A DNA stretch of 64,000 nucleotides from Catajapyx aquilonaris (lineage: Eukaryota). The notes below the pieces were generated by a model. That model searched no databases. It had not been told where the DNA came from and saw only the letters and a list, made by a program, of their open reading frames with translations. Shown here piece after piece: positions 11,596 to 24,262 of the stretch (its first letter is position 1; every line of letters begins with the position of its first letter). The translations under genes were made by a program, and so were the position numbers. Location: NCBI GenBank assembly GCA_000934665.2, contig KZ538474.1, positions 1-64,000 of the forward strand, given 5' to 3'.

Positions 11596-14424
11596 CTACT
11601 TGGTCTTCTTATTCCCTGGGGACAAACTCTTAGCCCTGCGCTTCTGCTGTGGCCTCTGGCGCTGTTGCTGAGGTTTCGCCCTGGGTCCTCTGCCCACAGG
11701 ACTACTCGACTTATTCCTCGACCCACCTCCCTGTGAACCGCCAACATTCTTAATGCCACCGCCTGCTCCAGCACCACCAACAGGAGACCCTTTATTCCGG
11801 ACCTTTCCTCCTCTGCCTTTGCCCTTGCCTCTGCCCCTTGCCCTTCCAACTCGACCCCTTCCTCTTGTCCCACCTCCGCCCCCACCACCCCTGGCACCGC
11901 CTCCGGTCCCTGGTCCACCTCTGGCCAACGCAATTCCCTTCCTGGACAGCAAATTTAAATCCACGACGGTCAAGCAGGGGGTGAGAGGTTGACGAGGTGG
12001 CGGCCCAGAAGCGACCCAGTGCCCACCTACCCTGCTACAAACCAATCCTCCTCCACCCACCTTCTTCCCACTTAAACTCCGTATTCCTCCAATTCCTCTC
12101 AACAGCTCTTCTGTGGCGGTGTCTCCCGAGGAAGTGCTGGACGATGGAGCTGGTGGAAAGAAACACGAGGAATGAATCGATGACGGAGGTGGGTTAGGCC
12201 ATCGTGATGGAATTGTCTGCGGGTTTTCCACGACAGGGAAGTCCAAGTTGTTGATGCTGGGCTTTCCAGCGTCTCTGCGGGGTTGGCGGACGGTCATAGG
12301 TCGAGGAAGCGGAGGTAGTGGTAAGGTCGGCTTCGGCGACGGGGAATCTTCTTTGGACTGGTAAGTGACACGAGGTAACTCCTCTCCAGACTCTGGTGAT
12401 GACACATCACTACTGGCTTCTGTATCAGCGGCAACTCCACTGATTCGCTTACGTCGAGGCAACCTCCTAGTCAATTGAATCTCTTTGGGTCGGTCAGAAG
12501 AATTAGACGAATCTGAGTCTGCGGATGGAAGTTCAGAACTGCTGGGAAGAGAGTCTTTCTGCATCATTTTCTTGCGCTGAATTCTGGGAGGTGCCACTTT
12601 TCTAGGCTTTCGGGGCTTTCTAGCAGAACTTACTACAGTACCAATCTGAGTGGGCATTGACTGAGGTAACACACCTAATGCTCGGTACATGTCCAAGGTT
12701 GCTCTAGCAATATTACGTCCTAGGCGCAAATCTGGAGTAAAAATAGTTAAGAAAAAATATGTCAACGTTATAAAGTACGGTACCTAGCAAAAGGATACAT
12801 CCTTCTTCGGTGTATGGCACAATAGAGTTTGTCGCTGCAGAGAAATATCCATGAAAGGAGACTTCCAGAGTGTAGCAGTTGACTGATTCTCTCAAAGAGG
12901 AACACAGAAACCTGCGTGCAGTTCCCTGTTTCACAGGATCCTTATTGTACATGCAGTTGGTGGTGCTAAAATCCTCCGCTGCTTGTGCCATGAATTTTGA
13001 AAACACCACATGACGTTCCAGGCGGTACACATCGTCATATGCGTTGCCATAAATAAATGCTCCGGTAAGGCTGGAATGTGCGTGAAGGTCCAGGACAATG
13101 TCTAGTTCCATATTCTGCAGAACAATAAATTATAATACCAGGCAGTTATGAATAATAATTATGCACATTCCAATATGATCTCGTTATTTACTTTGCTTGC
13201 ATTCAGGTCCAGGATCACTTGCTTAGCAGCATGCAGGGTAGGATGCCCCCATTGTGAAGTTTGGTGCCACGTACGATTCAAGTCAAACCCCATAAGTGTG
13301 CATCTGAAACAATGATCGTAGGATACTATTAAGATTCACTCGAACGCCAGATATTATTTTACCTGTGATTCCCCAGAAAAACACCATCTGGATTGAGCAT
13401 AGGCATTATCTTGAAGACCACATGTTCACGTAGGGTTACTGCAATGGGATGCTGGCTCACCAAAAAGTCTATCAGCCCTAGAGATATCATTTATTATTGT
13501 CTGATAATAATAATTGTTCTAGAAATAACAAAGAAGCGCTCTCACCTTGACACACAAACGATGTCGGAGATTCTCCAGGATGACTCCTGGCCATAACCAC
13601 AATCACTTTTGGCTTCTGACCAGATGAGGTTGACGGTGTTGGACCAATGGTCAGCAACTCCATACGTCTTTGTTGCTGCAGAGAAAGCAGGGTTAACACC
13701 ACCTAACATCAAATATTATGTCGTTATATGCTTACTACAGACTGGGCAATGCTCTCTCTGCGGAAATGAGGAGGTGTAGATTTTTGCAGGGTGTCCAGAT
13801 GGGCCTGTACACGAGAGTATGAATACGGGAATGAAAATGCGAACTGATAAATGTCCTCTTCACGGTCAAATCCAAAGGCAAATGACAGCACTGGGTGCCC
13901 ATGATGCTCCGGTGATCGGTGGTAAAATACATGCCGTGATGGGATTCTGTGCCTAATAATGCAGTAAAACATAGAAATATCAACCATTTGGCAGGTATGT
14001 GTGTGACAAACACCTACCATTTTGGTCTGCTAGTCGACTTGACTACGGGCGACATTCCTTCCCGAAACAGCAGCTTGCTCTTGCTCAGGTTCACCAGGTT
14101 GAAAATGACTCTCTTCAAGGAATGAAGAAAAAAAGTTCAGTCGTATTACAACATGCAACACATCAGTCTTACCAACCTGTTCGCTCCGCACATTGTCCAC
14201 AATAAAATTGAACCATATCCTGTAACGAGGATTGCATGTGTCGGGTCGTATAAATAGGTCGTACTCAAATTCAGATATGAAGTCGACTCTTCCTAAATTT
14301 CCTGTTTCATACGAAGCATCAAAGCAGAGATGTCCCTTCTTGGCTTTCCCAGAGTGACCCGGAGGCCGCAGTACCATTCGGGTCACATTTCCGAGACCTC
14401 CCTCAGCATCGCTGTCTTCACTCT
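11596..14424 (-). CDS. AGBL4: Cytosolic carboxypeptidase 6 (M14D tubulin deglutamylase), exons 2-9
   Basis: Exons 14424-14177, 14112-14018, 13952-13736, 13675-13546, 13477-13363, 13303-13192, 13114-12799, 12731-11596, all GT-AG and phase-consistent. Motifs: [36 protein letters not shown], Zn ligands RSHPGE and DLHAH, MLNPDG, GFDLNR, catalytic TLEVS, LGRNIAR. About 790 aa with the start exon. Confidence 0.93.
12732..12798 (-). other. U12-type (minor spliceosome) GT-AG intron, 67 nt, last intron of AGBL4
   Basis: 5' splice site GTATCCTTTT, branch-point-like TTTTCTTAAC about 15 nt before the 3' CCAG. Splicing restores PYTEEG-Y-LRLGRN, matching recalled human PYTEEAYMKLGRN. Confidence 0.85.
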
Positions 14425-17139
14425 CTGAGAAATCACAAGGAAACACTCAAATCCAAGTACGTAGATCCTAGAAAATAGTGTGCCAGCGGCTTTTTTTTTT
14501 CTTAGAGTGTTCACTTATTTGCGTGGCTCAATGGCGCTAACAATTTTGCAGCAGAGCGGTGCTTGTCACTGGGAACATGCAAACGCGATTGACCCAAGGC
14601 ACTTTTGGCTAACTGAGCAACAAGTGGATGAATTGACTGGGTTCCACTCCAGGATCGTTAATTTGTTGCACTGCGGTGCTTTGCGATGCGATGCAAAATT
14701 ATTGTTGTCGCGTGTCACATACGTACACCACAAAGGCTTATAAGTCGGTTAGTGTTTTATTGCTGAAGGATTCTACATTCTTGGTGTATACGTGCCAACA
14801 GTCTAGTAATAAATCCATTAATTCGTCTTGATAGCCGTCACTTCCGTCAGTTATAAAAAACGGTAACTAATGGCCCAGAGTAGCAGTATAAGCTAATGAT
14901 TTTCCTTCAGAAGCAGAAAAAGAGTCCAATATTTTTTTTTCCTCCAGTTTGTTTATAGCTCAGTACACTCCAAATGGATCTGATTATAAGTGTGTTTATT
15001 TTCCAGTATGAGACAGCACCAGAAAAAGTGTGGTAAAAGTATACGTCTTTCGCGAAAACTGTGTGCCTTTTAAAATGCGACTTCTGTTTCTCCATTTATA
15101 TTGAAAATCTAATGTTGCCTATTCACCTACCAAAGTTACGGGGAAAATTTTTCAAAGAGACTTTGTCAAATTTGTGCATATGTGCTGCCGGAATGTACCG
15201 TTAAGCCGTCACAGCTTTTCCTCTTCTCATCAATCAAGGTGAGCCCCTCTCCCATGCCACAAAAAGGTGGAGGGGGGATCCCTGAACTTTCGCATGCATA
15301 TTGCATAATCCTCCACAACCGTTTCCATATATTACATCGGAGGTTAGAAAGGTTACACTTTCTACTGTACCATAATCATGCACTTAATAGTTAATTCAGT
15401 GACGCTATACTAAAGTGTTTGGGAGGCTTGTGCTGGGCATACATTTTGAGCTATCAGTACATTTATCACCGGTACACCGAATACATCGAGGTATTATTGC
15501 CCCACCGTTATGGAAATAGTGAAAAACCAGTGTTTGCCCTTCACTTGCAAGTTCTAGGCAAGATTGACTTGTAGGTTATACTTCGTAAGCCTAATACTGT
15601 AAGTAAAGTGACAACAAAAACATATCGGTTCAAAATATATCTAGAGGTTAGGTTATCTTACAACTGAGTCACACTTATATCTGGCTCATTGTTTGGCTAA
15701 AATATCAGTTGGGTTGTCTTGATTATCGGGTTGACTGCAACCCAAATTGGGTCGGAGCCCAATCAACGTTTGGTCTGTCTATCTCAATATCAAGTTTCAG
15801 TGGAAGTTTCGCCGTTATCAAGTAACATAGAAATCATCTTTCTTCGTGATTGGTTATTACGGTAAGGTACCTGGCACCACCCAAACTGCTACGGCAACCT
15901 CGGGATCGACAAATTATACACGTATAATCGGTATATATGATTGCGTCGACATCCGTTCTCTCGTATATGTATGTATCTTGCGAGTGCCATTACTATAGAG
16001 GAAGATCATCAGGTGAGGAAGACACCATAGGTAGTAGCACTCACGTATTATATTATGAAAGAACAAGTTTCAGCAATAATATCTGGCCAAGAGTAGGCTA
16101 CACTGCTAAAATTCAAACCCAGTTTGAGTCGTTTAAATGATTGCCGAGAAGATTCGGAAATAACGTAACTTTGGCTCGGTTTACCCTGTCCACTTCTGGG
16201 AAAAAAAAGTTGGCCTCTTACATTCGAAATGCAAAAATACTACTCTTATTATCTTGGAACTGCGCATTTTCACTTTTCTTACTCATTATACATGGACAAA
16301 CAAAACTATTTAAATAATAATATTATACAGCCATATACTGTAGGTATCGAGAGTGCGCAGCATGCACTTTCTACCGTCACATTAGCGTCAATTTAATAAT
16401 TTATTATTTCGAGAGGGGAAAATCGCCGACAGGATTTAAATAGTTTGCCTTATAGCCTACTGTAACGAGAGAACATTTCTACTCATGATGGCAACTGTCT
16501 ACTCTAGCAAATATGTAATATATTATACATTCCTGCTGCAACTTGCAGTGGAATGTATATTACATTTTTGCTCATTCCCCATACGGATTTTTAAAGGAAG
16601 AATGTGAGAGGGTCAAACATGAATTGGCGAGCAAAACACGAGTTGCGAAAAAACTCTTAACAATTCTCACCTTGCCTCTTGATTAAAACTTTCGGACGTA
16701 TCAACGGATCCCATGGTTCCAGATCCATTTGTCCGATTGAAAAACAATTATGGCAGACCGGAATAAACAACTGTGAACTATCTGATATTCACAGTCAGAA
16801 GAACCTAATATTGTCCAGAATGCAACATTGGCATAACAAGAGAAGACTGATGCCATATGACCCTTGAAGTAGTTTATTAAGGGTCGGCAAGAGCCTTGGC
16901 ACTCTTCCACGCCGTCGCGATGACGTCCCCCTCTGTAGCAAGGTTATGCCTTTCTACTCCACCTGCAGTGGTTCCACCCCTATCTTTCTTTCTTATACTC
17001 TGTCAACATTTTGCCATTAATTATTTGCAGCAGCCCTCGGCACGCTATATTGCAACTAAGTGCACCTCTCCGGTGACCTGCATTTACGATGCACATTACG
17101 TTGAGTTAAGAGGCTGTAGAATAGTAATATTCATAAATG

Positions 17140-17140
<1 letters not shown>

Positions 17141-17208
<68 letters not shown>
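17141..17208 (+). repeat. (ATT)n microsatellite
   Basis: About 22 perfect ATT units; explains the poly-Leu/poly-Ile ORFs. Confidence 0.97.
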
Positions 17209-17209
<1 letters not shown>

Positions 17210-17371
17210 ATATAACCTTCCCACCTACCAAGAGTACTGGCTAAACTGGCAGTTATCCTATCTCCATATGCAGCCAGTGTGTCTCTTGGGTGTGACGGGA
17301 TAGTCGCACAATATTCTGATAAAATATTTGTCTCACCAAGTCTCAGCAGCCCTACACGTATTGTTATGAGA

Positions 17372-17497
17372 CTCAAATTCTTTTGGCCACTTTATCCTGG
17401 TCTTGAAGCAACCCTTCACACATACACACTTCCTCACCGTGGGGCCTGTGCGAAGGGTTGCTTCAAGACCAGGATAAAGTGGCCAAAATAATTTGAG
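17372..17497. mobile_element. Palindromic MITE-like element (about 46-51-bp arms)
   Basis: CTCAAATTcTTTTGGCCACTTTATCCTGGTCTTGAAGCAACCCTTC ... GAAGGGTTGCTTCAAGACCAGGATAAAGTGGCCAAAAtAATTTGAG, one mismatch over 46 bp. Confidence 0.8.
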
Positions 17498-19948
17498 CCC
17501 TATAGTACAGTACCAAATGAATGGATGCATTTTTGTTGTGTTGCTTCGTATCATGACCTTCCAATAAGTACCGGAGTACCAATTACTGTACGTCACATTC
17601 TCTAACTATTCATAGTTTTAATTCATTTTCTTTGAACAAGGAATAATATAAACAGTACCTAGCTAGTGCACATTCGCCAATAAAATGGTTCTATTTTATG
17701 CAATGTTGCAATAATAATGAGTATTTAAAATGCCCTTTAATATTTCTTGCTCCTACACTAAAAAGAAGTATTTAAAATATTGGAAAAATTGATCCATATA
17801 ATTATTGAGCTCCATATGAGAGATTCTCGGTAGACAGTGATAATCACCCAAGCAGGGAACGCAAAGAATTTACTCCTAAAATTGAGTGGCGATTAACCAA
17901 CAGCTTACTCAAATGAAGTAGTCAAAGTCGTTAGTATGCAGACACATAGTCCAATGTTTCAAGACGAAACATGAGCGATACCGTACATCATACCATTTGA
18001 GCAGAAAATTACTCGAAATATTTCATGCAGTGTTTCAACAGGAGATAAATATCACAGTAAAATCATCACTAAACTATATCTACCAGTATTAATCAGTAAT
18101 CAGTGATATAATCAATGCCGCAGTTAGACAGTTCTCTCACCTTTTGTTTAGAAACTTTATTGGCCTATTCAGTGCAACTGTCACAAGCACTTGTAGTAAC
18201 ATGTATACAAGCGCAAATCGAAATGAGGCAGCATGTCACTGTCACTGAAGTCTTAGATTGATTTGTTTCAGCATGTAATAGAACTTATCCGACCACTTGG
18301 GAAGGCGGAAAACAGGATAATTACAGGGGCAGCTATAGGTTTGTCAGAGAACAACTGCTGTAGCCTGTCAATGAGTCTAGTACTAAAGAAGGATCAGCGT
18401 GACTAGATTGTAACGATAAATCGCTGGTGTGTATAGGCCAAGACTACATTGGAAGTACACTGCTGACCAATTAAGCTGCTATATAGTGTTCGGAAAAGAG
18501 TCAGAAAAATAACACTCATCATTTCAACTTAGCTTGCTCATATCAAAAGTGTTTTTTCTCCAAAAACCTACGTTTAGTCACATCGCAACATTCTGACTGT
18601 CTTCAATAACACTCCGAATGACCATAAAATAACGAGCCCAATCATGTGGTCACGTAATACCAAAAACATTGTATCCGTCTTAAAACACAAGCCAAACTCA
18701 GGTGTGATTCGTGCTAGCAAGAGTGGAAGAGCTCAAAAAAGTCCTCCAGAAAGTTGAAAGGCAGTAGCCTTGCATTATGCAGCAGTGGAAGTCAAGCACG
18801 TCAAAAGTTCCCATGGGCAACCAAGACAAATAACACTCCCTGCCAAAGAGGTACTAACACCATGCAGTTTCCCCCACCTAGATTACACATGCTGACATCC
18901 CATTATTCTCAATAAATTCGAGAATGCCATTTGTTGAATCCAGTGATAATTCTGTCACCATGACATGCAAATGAAGGTGACTTGATTTTGTTAGGGAGTG
19001 TATACAAAGAGCGGCACCTGGTACCAAGTGGCCCCCTCTCTCTTATAACTACGCCCTGCTTGATCCACCTTCATTATTTCCGTACCAGGACGCCATAATT
19101 TGAATCAATACACTAGCTGGGTTGGCTGCCAGACACTGTACCCTTCCCTTCTACCACCCAATCCTCTGTTTCTAAGCCTCGCAGCTGGATGTCAATGCGC
19201 CGCCCTCCAAAAATTTCTTGCAATTTTTCAAACTACCTAAAAAAGAATAGGGGGCTCATTCCCACAGCTTGACAGGGGGGGTTATGAATAGAGCTATTTT
19301 CAGGCAAATTGCTGATATTATCCGCCCTTCTGGTTGGATACCGGTGATATAATGGTCGAGGCATTATGAATCAGAAAAATTAGCGATCGTTTATTCTCAA
19401 TTAGTACCTTCGTCGATATTTTGGAAAATTATGAACCAGAGAGTTGTGGTGTGATATTGCACGTAAGGTGGGTTGGTTGAGGAAAATATATAGCTGCTAA
19501 TAATACTGCTGATAATACTAGCGTTATGTCAATATTTATGTGATTCTACCGTGTTTTTAATGCCGAAAGAACATTTTAATACAGCATAGTCGTCGCTGGC
19601 TACCCCCCTTTTTTGGGATAATGCCGCAGTGATGTAATGAATGAATGAATGAATAAATAAATCTTTAACAGTAGCTTGAATTAGTGGTAAATAAGAGCAG
19701 TTTATAGTCTACATGTGCACCCTACCCACTTCACAAATGATTTAAGATGGTTTTCAGAATACCGATTAAGTTCTGACCACATTTAAATCTTCAGAGGTGG
19801 GGAAAAATAAATCGCCCTATATGTTAGATGTTACGATGCAGATATTGATCTACAGGCCATATAATTTTCACTATAGGCAGCTGTTTCAAATATTTTATTA
19901 CTGACGAAGTATCCAAGTCATGCGCAATATTATGTACTTCCTACTCAC

Positions 19949-19955
19949 CTCCCAT
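19949..19955 (-). CDS. AGBL4: Candidate start-codon exon B of AGBL4/CCP6 (MG+E)
   Basis: ATG GGA G|gtgagt. A phase-1 consensus donor, giving [16 protein letters not shown] when joined to 14424. Confidence 0.4.
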
Positions 19956-20267
19956 TTACATCTTATGTGTCACATCATGCAGAATTTATGTACCTAAAAT
20001 CTAGATTCAAAAATCATAGTGCTCTAAAAAAAAAAGGTCGAACAATTCTGGCAAGGGCGTCGACCACCAGGCTTGAAATCAACACTGAGGTAAACGTGTG
20101 GTAGTAAATCAGCTGGAGTAGGAGGTGCAATTACTAACAAGGAACTTTTGAAAAATCCAGGTAATGGTGCTACTCTAAAATTCAGTCGATATCAGGTTCG
20201 TTTAAGACGGGTTGGGCAATACGGTGGGCTTTGAAATAGATTCGGTAACCAAGGTAAACAAACTCAC

Positions 20268-20280
20268 CTGAATCGGCCAT
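20268..20280 (-). CDS. AGBL4: Candidate start-codon exon A of AGBL4/CCP6 (MADS+E)
   Basis: ATG GCC GAT TCA G|gtgagt. A phase-1 consensus donor that joins the phase-1 acceptor ctcag|AG at 14424, giving [18 protein letters not shown]. Preceded by GC-rich sequence at 20281-20400. Confidence 0.5.
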
Positions 20281-23200
20281 GCAGGCTGCTGGTCGGATGG
20301 GCTTTTGCGGGGACCGCCGGCGCCAACTATCTGCCCAGGTGCCAACTTTGCCATATTCTTAAGACCGCCAAGGGACAAACGGTTCGATAATTTGGGGGGC
20401 AGGGACCTTGTCATTCATTCCACGAAAGCATCAATGGGAGAAAAGCACGGCATTTCAATACACCACAAGCTGACGTACTCTTCTCAGCAGTCCACCTTAT
20501 AGATATATGGCCGCAATTCAACCTGCCAATGAATTATTGTTTCAAATGTCGCACTGTGTCATATTTGTGGATAGTCTGAGAAAAACGTCATACCTGCACT
20601 ATAGACATGGAATTGATATAATAAAGAAAATGTCATTGCAACTGTAAAAGCAGCCTAAAAAAGATAACGACGACGTTGACCTAACAAAAATTAAGTACCT
20701 GTGTGCAATGGATGTGGAGGACTTATGCCACATATTAGTAATGAGAACATTCTTAATTAATAATAATTAATAAAAGTGTGTTCAAGCAGATCAAGTCATT
20801 CCTTTAAATTCTACATTATTTTTGCTCACAGTTACATGCTAACACTTGATGCAGATCATCCGTCTACTGCACATTTATCATTTAGAATAAAAATGGGAGT
20901 CAGAGAGCAGAGCATTATATTGTTTCTAATCAGTTATATGTGTGACAAAGATGTGGTCCAGCTGGCTCGGAACATATCGAATTGTTTCACAGCCCGTCGA
21001 TCATGGGTTACAAACTGCACAATGATTATTTTATATGACAGATAAAAGCCGGATGATATGCGCTGTAATTTGAGCTAGTTTTACACCACATGCTGCAGTG
21101 TGTTGCCATCCAGTGATAGGAACGAGAAACAACTCCGAGTGCCGGTTTTTTCCCCACTTTACAGCATTATTGAACGACCGATTTTATGACTGTGAGGCGA
21201 AAGTTTTAGCCATTACTGGTACGATACATGCATTGAACTAAAATGTTATACTGCATGTGCATATTATATCAGTACTTTGCAAATCATGCAATAAAGTGTC
21301 ACCGAATATGAATTTGCCATTATTGATTACTTCCCCCTTTTCTTATCCAACTAATTGAGTATTAGGTCGCTCAAAATGATGGAAAATTTTGTATCGAAGC
21401 GAAATTCATTATTGCCTCAGTATTTTTAAGTGAAAGCATTTAATATTTCCAGATAAGCGGCTCCTATAAGCATCAAAATATCACATCCAATAACATTTCG
21501 TTTTGAATATGGCCTGTGAATAAATGACTGCTACCAGCAAGGCACGCATGCTAAGAATCTGCAGATCATGCATTCATTATTATTATCCGATCTGAATATA
21601 TTGATAACAATCCACAGGTGTTGGTAAAACTGCTTCCTCTATATAGCTTCAAAAAGTTCACTGCATAGGCACTGTTGGGCGCTGCTACCAGCAGACTTGC
21701 ACAGCGCCTGTAACGGATCTGTACGAAAGCATTGTATCATATTATGTAGTACTCTCGTCAAAGCTGCAGCATTTCAACTGATTTCAACACAGTGAATGGG
21801 GTGATAGGGTAAAGAGTTTTTTTTTAACTCCTAGAACAGGATATCGCAGTTGCAAATCATGGAATACTAGATGTCGCAGATTATAATTGTGCAATCAATC
21901 GCCGTAATGAACATGACCTCTACATCGTATCGAGTAGTTGATAACATCGACCTATTCATACGAAATCTCGTGTTTTACATGCTTCATGTGAACACTATCG
22001 CTTCATGCGGACCCTTTGACTACTTGTATAATGTATAGTATGGTATAAACACTTCCGTTAGCATCTATGTAAAGTAGTAGTAGGGCATATGTCAGGGATG
22101 CTGTCATATATTTATACCGTACCTGTGTGCAATTGGGCCATTATTTGTTCGAGGCAAGCTTGTGCAAATTCAGGTAAGAGGTCACTCTTTGCCCTTGATG
22201 CTTAACAATACAAAAGTTAGACATAGGTCATAGAAAACTAGATTAGTGGTGCGCTCCATATCTCATCCAGGAAGTTCAGCCCGGCTTATGAAAGGAAGGC
22301 TAATTTTAACTCGATGGCCATTAAGCGAATATTGCATTACACCATAGTTATTATCAGTAGAGAAACCGCATTATACTCTCCTTAACGCTCCTCTGTTATC
22401 ATCGGACCCCAAAAAAACAACACAATGATCAATTGACTTTTGCACTGTCACCTTATGCTCTTTATCTGTTAGTGTAGTCCTGAGCATTAGACAGTCATCC
22501 TATTTTAGCGCAGTGTGGCAACACACTGTATATCTGTTTGCTTCCTGATATGATAGACTAGTGCTTTGTTGCCATGTCGCCTTGTCTTGAGGGAGAGCCG
22601 CATGCAGGTAGGAATGTTGGCCGTGGCAGGAATAATAAAGCGGGACCATGAAAAATGCATAGGGTGAGGAAACAAAGAGCCAGTGTTCTCTCAATCCTTT
22701 CCCTCGCAATTACGATTGTTCTTTCCGGCGAATAAACCGACAAACACCACCTCCCCAAATGATTTTTCTGGCCTCCGAAAAAAAACAGAAAATGAACGTG
22801 CCGCGCATTTCCCCAGCCATTCCTTTACTCCTCTGACATATCCCCCCGCCCGCCTTAGAATTTTCTCGCAGCCTTCGAGAGAAATTAATTCTCGAGTAGA
22901 GAATTGAAAGATGGGCGCCCAGCAAGTGTGTCACATGGGGGATTTTTCAGGGTCCTTTTCCCGACGAACTCGGCCATGCCAACCTTGAACAAGTGACGTC
23001 AACGGCATTCATCTTCAGGCCAGGCTACGAGGTTGACGAGGAAAAAAGGTAGAGAATTTGACGGCAGGGGAGTGGTACTGGATGCAAATAGTAGGAAGCA
23101 CATAAGCTACTGCACGAAGCGCATTCACCCACCAGTCTGTACAATGGGATCTGCTCGCCAGCTATTTTTACCTACCTTACAATAGGATTTATGGAGAGCA

Positions 23201-24262
23201 TGTTTACTAAGTGGCAAGTGCATGTGGCCTTTTGACGAATAATAAAACTTATGCTTTCTAGCCACTTGCACTTTGCTTCCTCATAACCCACCCACTTTTC
23301 CTCCTCCCCCGGATGTTTCTTCTCGCAACTTTACTCTTTTGTTCCGTACCAGGCTTGCAAAAGGCCCGTGGTTATATTCGGAGCATGAGAAATGAGGTTG
23401 CTAAGACACAATCAGCAGCGGCGTTCGAGCAGGCAACAGGGAATGACCGTCGAGACGAGGACTTTGGCTGAGTCCGGGTCACTGTATGTCAAGTAGGAAT
23501 GTCAGCGGGGGATAAAGAAAGAGATCCCATTGAATCAGTGGCAAACAAATCTCCCTTGCAACACAGCAGCCCCCAGAGAGGTCATTGGGCCTAGCCTCCA
23601 TCCACTGGGAGATAACCTTTTTCTTAGCTGGGACACGTAAGGAACAAATCCTATCTATCAGCCTAGCTAGATGCTGCTACTAGACTCGCAGCTTAAAGAC
23701 ACTCCACATTTACAAGTGGGGCGATTACCCGACTATTATCGCCAGTCCATGATAAAGTCTCTTTATCTTAGTGTCCTAAGGTTGGATGAAACAACAACAA
23801 AAAAAAAATCATGTCGAGTACTGTACAGTACCATATAGGGTGTGATTTGTGGGTAAAGTCTGAGGCAATGATGTGACAATTGGCACTCTGGCATGTTCCT
23901 GGAGGTTCTTGCAAAAGCAGAAGTATTTTCGATAACTGATGGGGAGCACGTGTTAGGCATCAATAGGGCGCATGGCCAGTTTTAATAACAAATGTCATAA
24001 AAAGACTGGAGTATAAATACCATTTGTTCACTGAGCAGCAATGGCGTGGTGCACTGATATGTAGCCATGGTAATTATACATGCAATTGATCAAAGCCAGG
24101 TTCATGAAAAACAACTTCAAGTGGCTTTTGCACAGCCTGTATAGATAACACCCGGAGTTGTACGTCACACCTATACCAGTATCATGGTGCTATCTAGTCT
24201 AGTTTAGATTAGAAAACTGTCATGGTAGTGAAAAAGGGTCTTTATAGTTATTTCTCGTCAAC

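Noticed and set aside
11568..12197. Pro-rich and other overlapping ORFs (11753-11992, 11568-11933, 11997-12197)
   Set aside because: Alternative-frame or antisense shadows of the Gly/Arg-rich CCP6 tail.
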